Positions 11,306 to 27,359 are shown, counted from the stretch's first letter. The stretch is 64,000 nt of DNA from the human T2T-CHM13v2.0 reference genome, Homo sapiens (GCF_009914755.1 NC_060946.1); one strand, 5' to 3'. Program-made: numbers and translations. The notes: a model not told the origin generated them from the sequence alone.

Positions 11306-14007
11306 CTAGCGCACCTATACCTTGTCTGTGGCCCCAGCAAGCACACTTGTGCTGGTATTTCCTGGTGTGGACTCAATACCAGCAGGGTGGCAATCTTACA
11401 GTTTCTGGGTTTCTCCACTTCTGCAGCTGGACGGGCCAGCGTGGGGGTCTGAGGAAGTTCAGCCCAAGTCCCCGTCCCGTGCGTGTCCCTTGCCTCCCGT
11501 GACTGTTTCTCTGTGCAGAGACAGCTCCTGCAGGCTCAGTGCAGCCCCTCCCAGACCGGCGGAGCTGCTGGAAAGGCTGTCTGCCGGGAGGGAGGTGTCT
11601 CTGCACGTTTCCACACACTTCTGTTTCCAGAGCTTGGAATCAGCGCAGGGTTCACCAGTTGCTTGCAATCTCTTCTCTGTCTTAATTTCTCCGCATTTCA
11701 CATGTAACCGTGCTGCCGATGGTGATGAAGCCATTTAGAGGCAATCAAACACTCCCGCACCGACGGCGGCGCCCATCAGCCTTTCCCCTCATCTTCCTGC
11801 TTGTTTCATTACGCCTGCCTTTCCAGGAGGTGGCTGAGTCCCCAAGTGTGATTTTTGGAGATTTCTGTGGTGTCTACAGCCCGCATTTCCTAAGTGGATT
11901 TCTCCCCAGGAAGTTCTGCTCTGCTGGTGGGACCCTTGGTTGCCTAGAGTTTGCTTTATGTCCATCTCTGCGCCTCCCCCAGCCTAGCACCGACGTGCCC
12001 TTCTGTTCTAGCCGGCTCCCCTGACTCTGGTCCCTGGTTCCTGGTCCCTGGCTGAGCTCAGGCTCAGTAGGGCCCTCCGCAGGGGGGTGGCGCCGGGGTC
12101 AGCCGGCCTGTGCTGGTAGAACACTCAGCTCCACTCTACACTGGATGCTGCCTCCAGGCAGGCTATTCTCATCCTGTGGGCAGCCTCCTGCCTGGGGCGA
12201 CCTCTGCCACCCCCAACCTTTGTTGCTGAGTCAGGACTTTCCTGTTTCCAGGGCCGTCTTCCTCCCCTCTTTTTAGGGCAAGGCGGACCTTCCCTCCCGG
12301 GTCCCCTTGTCGTGCATGTGGTGGGCTGGGGCGTGGAGTGTGCTTCTGTTATGTGGTGCAAATGTGCGTTCCGGGGTGTTAGACAGCACTCCCAACACAC
12401 ACACACCCGTGAGTCTGCCTGCAGCTCCAGATCTGGTCAGCTGGAACCGCACCTCCCTTTGTATCCTCAGACTCCATGTGTCTTAAACCAAAGCCACCTT
12501 CTGTTCCCTTCAAATTCAGCAATTCTCAGAGACCCCTTTGCTTGGTAAGATGAGGGGAGGTTAAGGCTTTTCCTCTTTGGGCCTCAGTTTTCCAGCCCGA
12601 AATTGATGGTGCTCATTGTCTTCCAGACCCTCAATTTTAGGATGATAAAAACGGAGGTGACGCGGCAGGGTTGTACAGTTCTGTATCAGCGATCCCAGCC
12701 TCAGACTCCAAGGCCCCATAATGCAGATGGCAGGCTCGTCTGGGCCCTGACCCCACTCCCCTGTCCCTGACCAACAACAGCTTAAAGTGATGCTTGTTTG
12801 CTTTTGGCTTCAGCTTCACGGGCTAAGGGACTGATGGGATTTTGCTTGTAATTCACACAATGAAGTTGAAACATTGCTCGACAAACACCTCTAGTGTGTT
12901 TTCAAATAGGGGACGGGTCACTTGGGCCACTGTGGAGCAAAGTGAGCTTGCACAGACGGGTGACCAGGTGTCCCTGAGCACACAGTGCGTGCCGGCCTCC
13001 TTGGGTAGAGCAGCCCCGATGCTGCTGAGGAGGAAGGGGGTGTGGAAGGCGCCGGGCCCGCAGGCGGGCTGTGCTGTCCGCCTCTTCTCGGCTGAGCTGG
13101 AGAGTAAACCCTGTGAAACACGCATACTTAGCAGGCCTGACTTGCGCTTCCCGTGACGACGTGGCTAATTGGGAAGTGAGTCACCAGTATCTAGCTCGTA
13201 GTAGCACTGGGGGACTGGCTGACATCGCACTGTGTCCCAGAACCCAGCCTGCCGTCGCCGCCTCGGGTTCCTGGATGCACACAGACAGGGCTGGGGGACT
13301 CAGGAGGTGGGGATGGGCCTGGCCCTGCTCGGGTAGGGCTGGTGCTTGGTATGTGTGCTGTTTGCCATGGAAGAAGCTAACGGGAGGAGCTGGGGCATGC
13401 TTGGGGTCCTGTCAGGGACGCATCTTTGAAGGTCAGCCTCAAGGTCATCTCCCGCTGACTGCCCAAGGCCCCTTCCATGGGCATGGCCACTGTGTCCCTG
13501 TCACCTCCAAACTGGTCAACCAGGCCTTCCCAGGGCTTCTGGCCCTGCCTTCCTTGTCACCCCCACCCTTCCCCCGCCACCAGACATTCTGAGCCACTGC
13601 CTTTCTCGGGCTGTGAGTGGCTTTGCCTCCACCGTGGTGAGCCCCTCCCTCCGCGCTGCCACAAGACTGGCTCGTGCTCCAAAGCCTTGAGGAGCTGTGG
13701 CCTGAATGCATGGATTGATTGGAGTGAGGCCTTCTCTCCCGGGCACCGGGCACCTTGAGTCAGCCCCCGAGGCCTTCAGTGTGCCCAGGCCTGACTCCCC
13801 AACCTGCTCTGAGCAAACCTAAGGCCCGTTGGCCTTTTGGTTTTTGGTGCATTTTCCCGCCCTCGCGTCTGGGCGTTCTGTCCTGGAGACAGGCTCCAGC
13901 ACCCGGGCGGTGTGCTGCAGAGGCTGGCGGCGTGAACTCGGGTGACGGCCTCTGCTTCCCTCCTGGACGCCTTCCTGGTCCTGGCCCATCTCTCCAAGGG
14001 AAGGGGC

Positions 14008-14055
14008 AGTCGGGGGTGCCTGGGGAGAGGTAGTCGGGGGTGCCCGGGGAGAGAT
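14008..14055. repeat. 24-bp tandem duplication
   Basis: agtcgggggtgcc(t/c)ggggagag(g/a)t x2. Confidence 0.8.
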
Positions 14056-15006
14056 AGAGGAGGGATGAGGACACAGGTGGGAAGGGCTCGGAAGGCTGAG
14101 TTCTGCTGACCTCCCAGGCCTCACGGGCCCCAGGGAATCTGATGGGATGCAGTAATGGGAACTGGGACTGAGACACAGCCCAGGAGTGTACCAGCATCTC
14201 CTTTCCTGTCCCCTGGAGGCCCCAGGGGTGTGGCGGAGTGAGGGCTGAGCCAGGCCGCTGAGTGTGGCCGCTCTTCTCAGCCCCTCTCTGTGCCCCGGAG
14301 GGTGCATCTGTCCCCACTACACCCAGACCCACTAGCACCCAGGCTTACTGACGTCCCCAGAATGGTCTTCTGAAACAGCAGGCAGAATGGAGGAGTTGCA
14401 GAGATGGGGTGTGCGGTCACTTCAGGGCACCCCATCCATTCCGCCCCATGCCGCCTGCCTGGTCTTCAGGTTTTGAACTTAAAGCTGGAGGGGCCGGTGA
14501 ATACTGTCTGTGTGGGTTCTCCCAATGTCATTGCTGCCAGCCTGTGGCCCACCCGCTGTCTCTACCATGACGGTTTTCACCTGATGTTTTAGAAAAATAG
14601 ATACCAGTTTTATGACAATGAACATCTCAGAATTTACTTATTTCTTTTTAAAAATCCATTGGATAACAAGAAGACTGAGGAGTCTGCCTGTCCTGGTTGA
14701 CCTGCAAACAAATCTGCTTGGAGCTTTGTTGAGGCCGATGGTCTGAGATTAACATACAATGGGATTGGACTGGGAGAGAACCTAATTTGTTGTCATTTCA
14801 GTATCTCCTGTGTATTTGGTTTTATTACCTGTTGAGGCACATTGTTCTAAAGCATGCCTGGGGCCCGATGCCTTGGTGCTGCATTTCTGGGGGAGCTGGG
14901 AGTACTTTTGTCTTAGGCTTTTGCAGCAGTTACAGTGTTAATGGCTCCAAGACTTCTAATGTTTTGGACTCTGCTGCTCTGACTTGGGAGTGGCCTCTCT
15001 TTGGAA

Positions 15007-15431
<425 letters not shown>

Positions 15432-18221
15432 TAGGACTCATGTTCATTTATTGGTGCTAATTCATGCTTCTAGGCTCCTGCCCTGCAGAGGTGGAAGGAT
15501 GTGGGTCCCAGATCCACGCGGGACCTTCCCATGCTCTTCCATGCAGTCATCTGTGAGTCTTGTTGGCTCATTTTCGGGGTTCTGTGGCTGTGTCGGGAGG
15601 CAGCGGGTGGCTCCTCTGAGCTGCCTGTGTGAGGAGGTCTGTCCCATTACCAGGGCTCTGCCATGTCTGTGAGCTGGAGAAGGCAGGGGCTTCCAGAGAG
15701 AAGAGTTCTTGCTGCCCCTGGGAAGGACCTCGGGAGCATGGGTGGGGTGTGTGCATTTGCTGAACACGTGAGTTGTGAAAAGTCTGGCTGGTGCCAGGTG
15801 CATGGGAAGCCACTGACTCGTGGGCCCCTGAGGGCAGATACCTTTGGCCTGGTGTCCCTCTTGCTTTACGCCAAGCACATTGTGGACGGGCCTTGCCAGA
15901 GCAGATGTGGACTCGTGAACTTGGGAAGGTTTCAGAACCCACAGCCTAGAGACGAGGGCTCCCCACATGGAGGAAAGAGCAAAACGCATCACCAAAAGTG
16001 CCAGGGACAGTGGAAGCCGGTAGCCAAAGGCTTCCCAGTCTGTCTCAGCACTTTCTCCTGTTTCCAGCCATGGGCTGCCATCCAGCTACAAACGGAATCT
16101 TCAAAAAGACTATGCTTTAATCAAAATTAGTGTTTCATTGATGAAAATAGACGTGCATTTGCTGAAGGTGGTCATTTTTTGATCTACTTTTGCTTCCATC
16201 ATTTTGAGGTTCTCAGATGAAAAAGAAAGTGTTTTCGAACACGGGAGAAGCTCTAAAAGTCCCAAGTGCCATTGTCCCCATGGTGATGTTAGATGACACT
16301 CGCACCCCCATCAGCTCCTCAGACGTCAGGTGGCTTTTGTCTGTTACACTCTGGGAAGGAGCCCATCCCCACGACACACCAGCACCACAGGACCCCGAGT
16401 GTGTGGGGTGCCGAGCCAGCTCAGGATTGTCACCCAGGACCACACACTCACACTCAGGTGGGCTCCATAAGCCAGGCTGGGACCCTGCTCTCTGTATCAT
16501 GCCTAACCCAGGTTCCACCCCAGAACTCAACACCCAGTTGCTCACTCTTCATTTCTGGTACCAGCGATCGAGTGGGCACTTCTGAGAGACAACAGAGTGA
16601 GATTTGGCTCCACCGAGCTTTAGGGGTGCGGGCTGGACTGGAGGCCATCCAGGTGACACTCCCTCGGCTGGCAGAGTGGGCCAGGCCACCTTATCTTGTG
16701 GCTCAGAGATAACCCAGGGTGGCGTCCTGGGGGTTTGTTCTCCCAGCACTTTATCTTAGGTGCATGTGTTTCCATGAGATTGGGATAATTCTGTTTAGCA
16801 AAGGTCCATTCTTAATCCAGCCGTGCTTAGGGAGCCCTCCCCATGGGGGCGCTGCCCTGCAGCAGAAAGACTTCCGGGGGCTGGGCAGGGGGGCAGCTGG
16901 TCTTGGAGAGGGAGTCCTCTGCTCTGGGTGGCTCACACCATCATTTGAAGGAGTCCAATGACATTCTTTTCCTCCTGGGCAGTTGGGCTGGTGAGGCCGT
17001 GAGTCCGGGCACCTTGCTGGGGGACGTTTCCCACATGCTGTCAGACTGGCTCAGCTTTATCATTTGGGGGGAAGGACACAGAGCTTCACAGACTCCTGGG
17101 GGTGTGCTGAGGCCTGGAGAGGGGGCTCCCTGTTTGGGGCTCACCTGCCCCACAGCCAGCTCTGGCAGGACATGCATGGAAGGCACAAGGCAGTGTTTGG
17201 CAGAAAATGAGTCAAGGTTGTTCTGGGAGCTTATCAGAGCAAGTGGCTTTTCCTAGTGTCCTGGGATGGCTCGCCGAATCCCAGAGACCCCTGCAGGCGA
17301 TTGTGTTAGGATCCTTGCCAGCAGCAGCTGCCAGGGCAGGGTGGGGCAGAGGGGCTGCAGGGTCCAGCCTTGGGGGGCTCAGGGACCTGCCACACACCCC
17401 ACCCTGCCCTGAGCCTCCTCTGACCTCTGAGGTATGGCTATCCCTGCTCAGGCCCACTGTGGATGGGCACTCCTCCCTGCCTGCCAGCCACACTGGAGCC
17501 CGGGACACTGTCTAGGTGAAGTAGGTCAGTGTCTCCAGGCATTCGGGCACCCATCTCTCAGGAGGGACCTGCTGAATGGCCTGTCTACCTGCCACTTGCT
17601 GTGGGGCCTCCTGGGAGATACTTTGGGGGATTTCTCAGGTCAGAGGAGAAGCTTGCCTTAGTCCTGTCTGCTCTTCACATGAAACTCTCACGACTCCATC
17701 TCCGTGACAAGTCACAACTTCCATCTGTGGAGGGGTCACCCTGCGTGGCCCCACGCTGGCTTAGCTGTTGGCCTTTGGTATTGAACCGGGGGCGTCTGGA
17801 GTGCCCTGAGGCTCAGGGATCCATCATCTACACAAAAGTCCATGGCCACTGCTGGGTGCAGGTAGGTATCTGCACCCCAGAGGCAGGCTTCATGGGCCCC
17901 CTTTTACAGAAGAAGATACAGAGGGTCTCAGAGGACCACAGTGGCTCTGTCTTACCTGAGTGTGCCAGGCCTGGGATTTGAACATGTGATCTCCTCTGCT
18001 CTGAATCTTGCCATTAAAAGGCCTACTGCCCCAAGGGGGGCTGTGGAGCTGCATGGCCAGCGGGGCACTGCCATCAGCCTACAGCTTTGTCCACCTGTGG
18101 ACCAGTGGGGAGCATCCACCAAGAAGGCATCCCAGGCCACACTTGCAGTCGGCATCTCTGTCTGCAGTGAGCGTCACCCGAAGCATGCCCTGTGCATCTC
18201 TGTCCCCATCCTGGTGGGCCA

Positions 18222-18575
18222 GCATCCCTGAGACCACCCTCAGGCTTGAAGATTTTCTGGAAAAACTTACAGGGCTCAGAAAAGCTGTTACACTCATGGT
18301 TTTGGCTCATTACTATGAAAGGACACAGATTACAATCTGCAAAGGGAAAGGGCTCCTGTGGACAAGTCCATAAACCAGCTGGGGCATAAACTGGTCAGGC
18401 TGGCACGGCGTGGTCCAAGGCCTCGGACCTACAGAGACACTCTAATGGGACAGGACATTCCAGGGTCTCAGAACTCACTCCCAGGAGCCAGCCTAGGGCC
18501 AGCCCTGAAGATAACCCTTTCTTGGGAGCAGGTTTGTGCACCCCAGGCCAGCTGAGGTCGCCCTTCCCTGCACAC
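18222..18575. mobile_element. MER21-family LTR fragment (internally deleted)
   Basis: gagaccaccctcagg...ctcagaaaagctgttacactcatgg...gaaaggacacagattacaatctgcaaagggaaa matches the MER21 consensus as I recall it. Confidence 0.65.
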
Positions 18576-19518
18576 CCCACGGGGCTGTCCCTATCTCACT
18601 CCCTGTCTCCAGGGTGCAGCATGTGCCCCTGGGCTGCTGGCCTCGCCTGGCCCCTCCTCCTGCAGCCCCGCACTTGTTCACCCCTGGTCTCCATGACCTT
18701 TCATGACTTGACCTTGCATGGAGGGAAGGCCCATGGCTGCTCTTTCAGCACAATCCGTGCAGCCTTAGAGAAGAAAACCTTTTCCCAGCCGGGAACATGG
18801 GGTCCAGAACCCTTCCTGCAGCCTTGTGCTCCATGGGGGAACATGGGCACCTCCAGAATCCTTTCCGAAGGGCCCAGCTTCGGGGAGGAGCTTTGTGTGT
18901 GTTTCCTTTGGGGTTCTAATGTTCTGCTAGACTAGTGTGACAAAAACGCGGCATGTCCAGGGTGTAGGGCTCTTCCCGGCAGTGGATCGTCTATCTGAGA
19001 CCACAGGGGTGACAGGCGGGGCCTTTGGAGGATAGGAGCTGGCTTCGTGTGTCTGTGCCACCGTTCCGTAGCTATGGCCTCAGGCAGGGCCCCCTGCCAG
19101 CCTGTCCTCACCTGTGCTACCAGGATGGCCAAGGCTGCCCTGCCGGGTGCTGATGAGAATGAAGAGGGACCTCAGGGCCTGGGACGCCACTGCGCTCAGG
19201 GCACACGGCAAATGGACCACGGCCTTTCCTTAGCAGTGACCTCTTCCGGCCATGGCAGGCGGGGGTCCCCAACCACCAGGATGGTGCAGGAGGCCTCCTG
19301 CCACACAGACCTAGGATGACACCAAATTCATCAACATCCCTGGCACACAGGCAGGGCTGGGAGGGCTGGACACGTCAGCATGGGACATGCTGCTGGATTT
19401 CATTCCACAGGTGATTTGGAGCCTGCAGAAGGCATCCCCTCCAGCCCACAGCAGAGGGGGGACTGGGCACCGAGTGGCATGGGGAGAACCCCGTGGCTGA
19501 GCCTTGCCGAGCAAGGGG

Positions 19519-19793
19519 ACAGCCGCCAAGAGCCAGGTGTGCAGTTGGAGAAGGAGATGGTCATCAAGGGCCAGGTATGCAGTTGGAGGAGAAGGAGGTG
19601 GCCGCCAAGGGCCAGGTGTGCAGTAGGAAGAGAAGGAGGTGGCCGCAAAGGGCCAGGTGTGTAGTTGGAGAAGGAGACGGCCGCCAAGGGCCAGGTGTGC
19701 AGTTGGAGGAGAAGGAGACAGTCATCAAGGGCCAGGTGTGCAGTTGGAGGAGAAGGAGACAGTCATCAAGGGCCAGGTGTGCAGTTGGAGGAG
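19519..19793. repeat. Minisatellite, 7 copies of a 38/41-bp unit
   Basis: ccaggt at 19533, 19571, 19612, 19653, 19691, 19732, 19773; unit aagggccaggtgtgcagttggag(gag)aaggag... Confidence 0.95.
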
Positions 19794-20424
19794 TGGCCGG
19801 CCGGTCAGGCTGGGGCCAAGTCACTGAGGCAGGGGTGGGGCTTGTTGGGAGGGCATGAGTTGAAGCCCTGGTCCTTCCAGAGAGGCTCCTGTGAACCCCC
19901 AACCCGGAGCCCTGGGGGGCTGAGAAGTCCTTGGAAAATCGCCAGACGTGGTGGCGTCTGCCTGGGACTTGATTTCTCTGAAGGAGCAGCCCTGAGGAAT
20001 CTTCTGGAATGTGCTCAGTGGTTTGCCAGCCCCTTTTGCCCAGCACGCCTCCCCAGAGTTGCTTCCGTGGCATCCAGGGTTGTCTTTGGCCCCAGAAAGG
20101 GCCTGTTTCCCCATGGGGCCTCATTCAGAGCCAGGATGTGCGCTTGGCCTGCGGAAGAGAGGGTGGACTTTGTCCTAAGGTAGAAGAGGGAGAGCGGGCT
20201 GGAAACACTCCAGGTGGTCGACCGGGACTGCCCCTAGGGGTCAGTGTGAGGGTGGCCGTGTGAGGAGCCCCTGCCTGGGAGCTGTCGGGATGGACAGCGC
20301 CCCCTCCCCAAGGCCAGCGCTAGGTGTTTGAGGAGCTCCGTGGGCCAGGAAGCTGGGGGTTCCCTTTTGGGCATCCCCAGCACGAGGCCCATCTGCAGCC
20401 CTGGCCTGGCCCACACCAGCTGCT

Positions 20425-20568
20425 GGGCCTCAGTGTCCTCATCTGTGCAGTGGGGAGAACCATCGCCCAGCCCCTAGAGCCGCCCGCATGCAGGGAGGGG
20501 TTGTTGGGCAGTGGGGAGAACTGTCACTCGGCCCCTAGAGCCGCCCGCTTGCAGAGAGGGGTTGCTGG
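20425..20568. repeat. MIR fragment with adjacent 61-bp tandem duplication
   Basis: gggcctcagtgtcctcatctgtgcagtgggga is MIR-like; gcagtggggagaac...gcccctagagccgcccgc occurs twice. Confidence 0.6.
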
Positions 20569-21149
20569 GTGCTGGTGCAACCCTGAGGCAGAGCCAGTAC
20601 GTGGACAGCCCTGATGCGTGGGCCACTGTTTCTCTCTCAGGGAGGTGACTGTCTGTGTGGGGGCTGCACTGTTCAGCTCGAGGCTGCACCTCACAGAAGC
20701 CATGGGCAGCCGGCAGCTTTATCCCAGCTTTGCAGGAGACAGGCTGGGAGAGGTAGGTGCTGACCCAGGGTAGGCTAGAGAGTAGGCGGGGGTGCAGCCA
20801 GTCCCCTCCAGGGCTGCCGCCCCCCCAGAGCTGGCCAATGTGGCTACCCCAGGTCACAGCTCCCGGCTGTGCCTGCAAAGTGTTGGGAGTTTGGAAGTAA
20901 GAAAAGGAACAGGGTGTGCCCAGGTGAGGGGGTTTCCCTCCAGAATGAACGGCGCCATATGAGGAGGAGGAGAGAAGGCGGTGGGCGCCCTGAGGCTGCT
21001 GCAGCCACTTGGTGTCCCAGAGCCACGTATGGGGCCCTGGAGACAGCCTGAGTGGGGACACCTGGGTGCCTGTTGCATCCTCATGGGTCCCAGGACTCAA
21101 CCCAAGCGTTCCCTGTAACAACCTAACTGCAGTTGCCCCACAGCTGATA

Positions 21150-22072
21150 TTTTTCTCTTTTTGTTTTTAGTTGGCGTAAAATAATGGTACATATTTATAG
21201 GTGCAGTGTGATATTTCAACACATATATACAAACAATGTGTGGTGATCAAATCAGAGTAGTCTGCACACCCATCGCCTCAACATTGATCATTTCTCTGTG
21301 TTGGGAACGCTCAAGATCCTCTCTTCCAGGTTTCTTAACATCTGCAGTATATTACTCTTAGCTGTGGTCGCCCTACTGTGCATAGAGTGCCACAGCTGAT
21401 TTCTCCTGTTTAGCTGTAACTTGGTGTCCACTAGCCAACCTCTCCCTAGCCTCCTCCCCTCTCCAGCCTCTAATAACCATAATTCTCCTCTCTATTTCTA
21501 TGAGCTCAGTATTTTTTAGCTCTTACGTATGAATGAGAACAGGAGGTATTTATCTTTCTGTGCCTAACTGGTTTCACTTAACACAATGCCCTCCGGAGTC
21601 ATGCCTGCAGCTGCGAATGACAGGATCTCATCCTTCTTTACGGCTGAATACTACTCCAGTGTGTGTGTGGCACCTTTTCTCTATCCAGGCGCCTGCTAAT
21701 GGACACTTAGGCTGATTCTGCGTCGTGGCTCTTGTGAGTGGTCCTGCAGGAAACATGAGGCTGAGGCTGCCCTTTTCACGTGCTGCTTTCCTTTCCTTTG
21801 GATAAATACCCAGTAGTGGGATTGCTAGATGAGGGCGTAGGTGCTATTTTTATTTTTTTGAGACATCTCCGTACTGTTGTCCACAACGGCTGTACTGATT
21901 TACATTCCCACCGACAGTGTATACGGCTTCCCTTTTCTCTGAATCCTTGCCAGCATTTGTTTGTGTGTTTGCCTTTTGTCTTATTGATAATCATTATTCT
22001 AACTGGGTGAGTTGGTATCTCATTGTGGTTTTGATTTGCATTTCTCTGGTGATTAGTGATGTGGGGCCTTTT
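21150..22072 (-). mobile_element. L1MA-type LINE-1 3' end (3'UTR plus ORF2 C-terminus), antisense
   Basis: L1MA 3'UTR signature gatcaaatcagagtag...catcgcctcaac. Minus-strand ORF 21776-22108 gives degenerate ORF2 C-terminal peptide (NKCWQG..IHCRWECK.VQPLW). Confidence 0.9.
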
Positions 22073-22901
<829 letters not shown>

Positions 22902-23838
22902 TTCACCATGGCTCTTTGGTTGATGTTCGGTGTTCATTGTTTTGGAAAACAGACTGGCTGTTAGTGATTATAGCTGCGAGAAGGAAATGTGAGTGCAAAC
23001 CTTCATTCTGTAATAATAAACTTCAGATTTGAGAGAAAAGAACAGGATGGATGTCCACTGAACTGCTTGTAGGGCAATGCTGTATTCTGGGGTGGGGGAA
23101 CCTGGCTGTGTCATTGAGCAGAGAGCAGCCCCTGAGAAATTTGGCTTGAAGGCCTCCTCCTCCTCCAGGATGCTCCCCTGGCTTCCCTCCCCCATGCTCC
23201 CTGTGCTCTGAGCTCCCTGGCTTCAGGAACAACATCAAGGAAGAGGTGGATTTGGATGTGTATGGACTCTGAGGCCTGCGTTCCTGCTGTTTCCTGACCT
23301 TGCCCAGGCAGGCAGCCATGCGCATTGCAGGCATTTGATAGAATTCCTTCCCACACTCAAAAGCACTTGAGGACTTAAAGAAATGGGTTTTAGTTGTTTG
23401 CAAAAGTCCATCTTTGGAGGATTTCTCACCCCTTCCTTGACATGAGGGAGGGAGGGGCTGGGCACCCCATGTGCCTGGCCCACATGGATATTGCTGTCAT
23501 CTGTTATGGGGACATGCTCACCTGGTGACTCCAAGCAGTTTTAGGGTCAACCAGGACATTGCATGACCCAGAGCTGGTCTCTGCTGGGAAGTGGGGAGAC
23601 TCAGGAAGCAGGGACAGCCCTGGAGGAGGCCGCTGGGGATCCCAGACCCCAATGACTCCCCTGTCGCTTCTTCTTCATGTGTGGACAGGAGAGAGAAGCC
23701 CAGGCCCTGGTCACCACCTGCCAGCAGAGAAGTCCAACCAGTCTGGAATCCCACAGGAAAAGCCACCTTCTCGGGCTGGCCTCTTTTGTCTCCTGCTCCT
23801 TGGCAAACTGGGTCAGGTGGCTGACGCTTCCCAGAGCT

Positions 23839-23861
23839 TCCTCCTCCTCCTCCTCCTCCTC
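23839..23861 (+). repeat. (TCC)7 microsatellite
   Basis: Read directly from the sequence. Confidence 0.9.
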
Positions 23862-24755
23862 ACTGTCTCCTGGGGCTGTGCGTCTGCAGGGAGAAGCGTG
23901 ATGTGGCTCCCAGGGGGAGGGGAGGCTGCTTATAAGGACAGGAGCACATTCCTGTTGTTGGAAAATGTCCTTCAGTCAGCGCCACACTGCAGGTCTGCAG
24001 AAAGCCATTTCTCAGTTTCCATTGCACAAGAGGCCCTCGCCCAGGTCAAGACAAAACTCTGTGTTTTCTCCAACAGACAGAGTCGTCTGCTGTGCAAAGC
24101 CGCATTCGTTCTGCAAGGCCCAACCCCTGAGCTCCTAGAAAGGCATTCTCCATTCTCAAGGTTGTCACCCGGCCCGGCACACACAGGCCCTGACGCAGGC
24201 CCATCTCTCTAGGTATCGGAAATGAAGCATCACCTGTGGAACCTTACAAGACGGTGCTGACAGTTTCTTCCCGCACTGGGAGAGCCACGGGGCAACTGCC
24301 CGCTTGTGCCTGGTGCGTCCCCCGAAGCCGAGGCTGATGTCTGGTCTTGAGCAGTCAGGCGGGCTCCCGGAAAGGGCTACAGATGCGGAACGGGGCTTGC
24401 TGTGGGGAACGGTGCGCTCACTCACTCCTCACCATTGCTAGGCTGAGGCCGGTGGCCAAGGTTGGAGCCCTGTGGCACAGAGCTGCAGGGAGGGCCACCA
24501 GAAGCTGATGGCCACGGTTCAGGCGGGGATTTGGGGAAAGTGTCAAGGGGCCCTCGCCACCCGATTCCGTGTGTGCCTGGTCTGGTAGACCAGGCTGCAA
24601 GGTGACTGAGCCCCTGTGGTGGACCAGGCTGCAAGGGGACTGAGCCCCTGCAGGCTGCCTGGTGGGAGGAGGTGGAGGAGATGCCCTGCTGACAGTGGGG
24701 CCGGCCCCTTCGCTGCCTCTCGCTGCGCGGCCACAGTGCAGAAAGGAAGGGATCA

Positions 24756-25584
<829 letters not shown>

Positions 25585-27359
25585 TTATGTGCAGAGGGTT
25601 TCCTGGAGGAAGGAAAGGGTTTGGGACCCTCGGTAACCCTAAAGTTGTCAACCCACCCTACACCGTCTACAGGAAGTCCTCACTCCGCATTGGTGATAAG
25701 AGCTGGAAACTGCAAATTTCAGGAAAATGACAGACAGCAGGTCCTGGAGTAACATTGCTTCCTTCGACTGTGTTTTCTTGTAACATCGAAGCGTTTTGTT
25801 ACAGGCCGTTTTGCTTCAAGCCTCAGTTTCCAAGACCCTCAGGTCCACATGAAGGGAGGGCTCATCGCATGTGCAGAGTTGAGTGCAGCTCCTTCCTGTC
25901 ACTCAGAGGCCTTCTGTCATGGGCGGCTCTAAGAGCCCCCCCAATAGAAGGACAGACTGGCGATTCCTGGGTGCCACCCCATGCCGGCTTCTAACTGCAG
26001 TGTGACCAGACCCATTTCAAGCTCCAGGACCCGGAGGCTTCCCAAGGCTGAAGTCAGCCCAGTGCTCTGAGCGAGACATGGCTAAGAGAAGCTGAGCACC
26101 TGGGCAGGCCTGTGCGGCCCCAGAGCCCGCGTCTGCCCTGTGGTTCTGACAGGGCCCTGGCCTTGGGCAGTCTGCAGGAGGAGGAGGTGCCGTGCCTTGC
26201 TCTGCTCCATGGGGGCAGTCCCAGTGAGGGCCACTTTGGTCTCCTCGGTGACTCACAGAGACCACCTCATCTGTCTGCCCACTCCCACAGTGCTGGTCCC
26301 CAGGGCTGAAGTTGGCAGCCCTGTCTGGGCGCTGTGGGGGCCAAGAAGAGGGCTTGGCCTGGTGTTCTCAGCTTGGATGAGGGCTCTCAGCTACCCAGCA
26401 GGGCAGGAGGAAAGGGGGATGATCCAGTCCTCAGAAGACCCTTCCTCCTGCCCTTCCCTTTCCTGTCACTTCCCTCTGAGATCTCAGCCTCTGCAGGTCT
26501 CTCGGGGGTGTAGACTCCCCGTCTTGGGGCCAAGCACTTCGAGGCTGTGAGAAAGAAGCTCAGTGCCTGGAAGGAGGTCAAGGCTAGTGTCAGGGCCCTT
26601 GGCTGCACCCCAGGCCCGGCCGCGGAGTTGCCGCTGCATATATGAGTGGGCTCGGGATGAAATGAATGCATGCTTCTCAGAAATTCTAGATGAGAAAATT
26701 TCCATCTCAATTAATGTAAAATAAGTTTTGGGAGGTGGTGGTAGGCATTGGAAAATTAAATGACACCTTCTTGGCATCTCACGTTGGTGAGAAGGCCAAC
26801 CGATTATTTTTATATTACAATCCCCAGGCGTTGTCAAATTGATTAATAAATTCATTGAAAACCTGTTCCTTCTTCATAGATTTAATTTTGGTAGCCAGGG
26901 AATAACTTCGCCATGACTTTTGAGTCTCAGCTCTCTCTGTCTGACAGCCAACATGGGGTTAATTGAGGTGGCCGCGGCTCCTGGCCCTCCAGAACTTGGG
27001 CCACATCTCTGAGGACATGGTCTTTAGTGTCCTGAGGAAACCGAGAACCGCCCTGCAGATCCTGCCCAGGGAGCTTATAAGCCGGGCAGCATGGAGAGCC
27101 TGGGGGTCAGTCCCCCACTCATGCCAGCCAGGTGACTTGTCCCGGTGGAGACCCACCGTCCTAGACTACAGGGAACTCTGAAAATTGAGCACAAAACATA
27201 GCTCTGAGCTTCCTGGCAGAGAAGGCAAAAAGGGAAAATCCACTGGTCATGTGACCTTCCTTTTCTACTCATGTCTGGCAGCATCTGGGAATGTTGACGT
27301 GGTACTAATGGGGCTGTCGCTCTGGGCTGACACCAGGGTGGGTGGCGTTTCCACAAATC

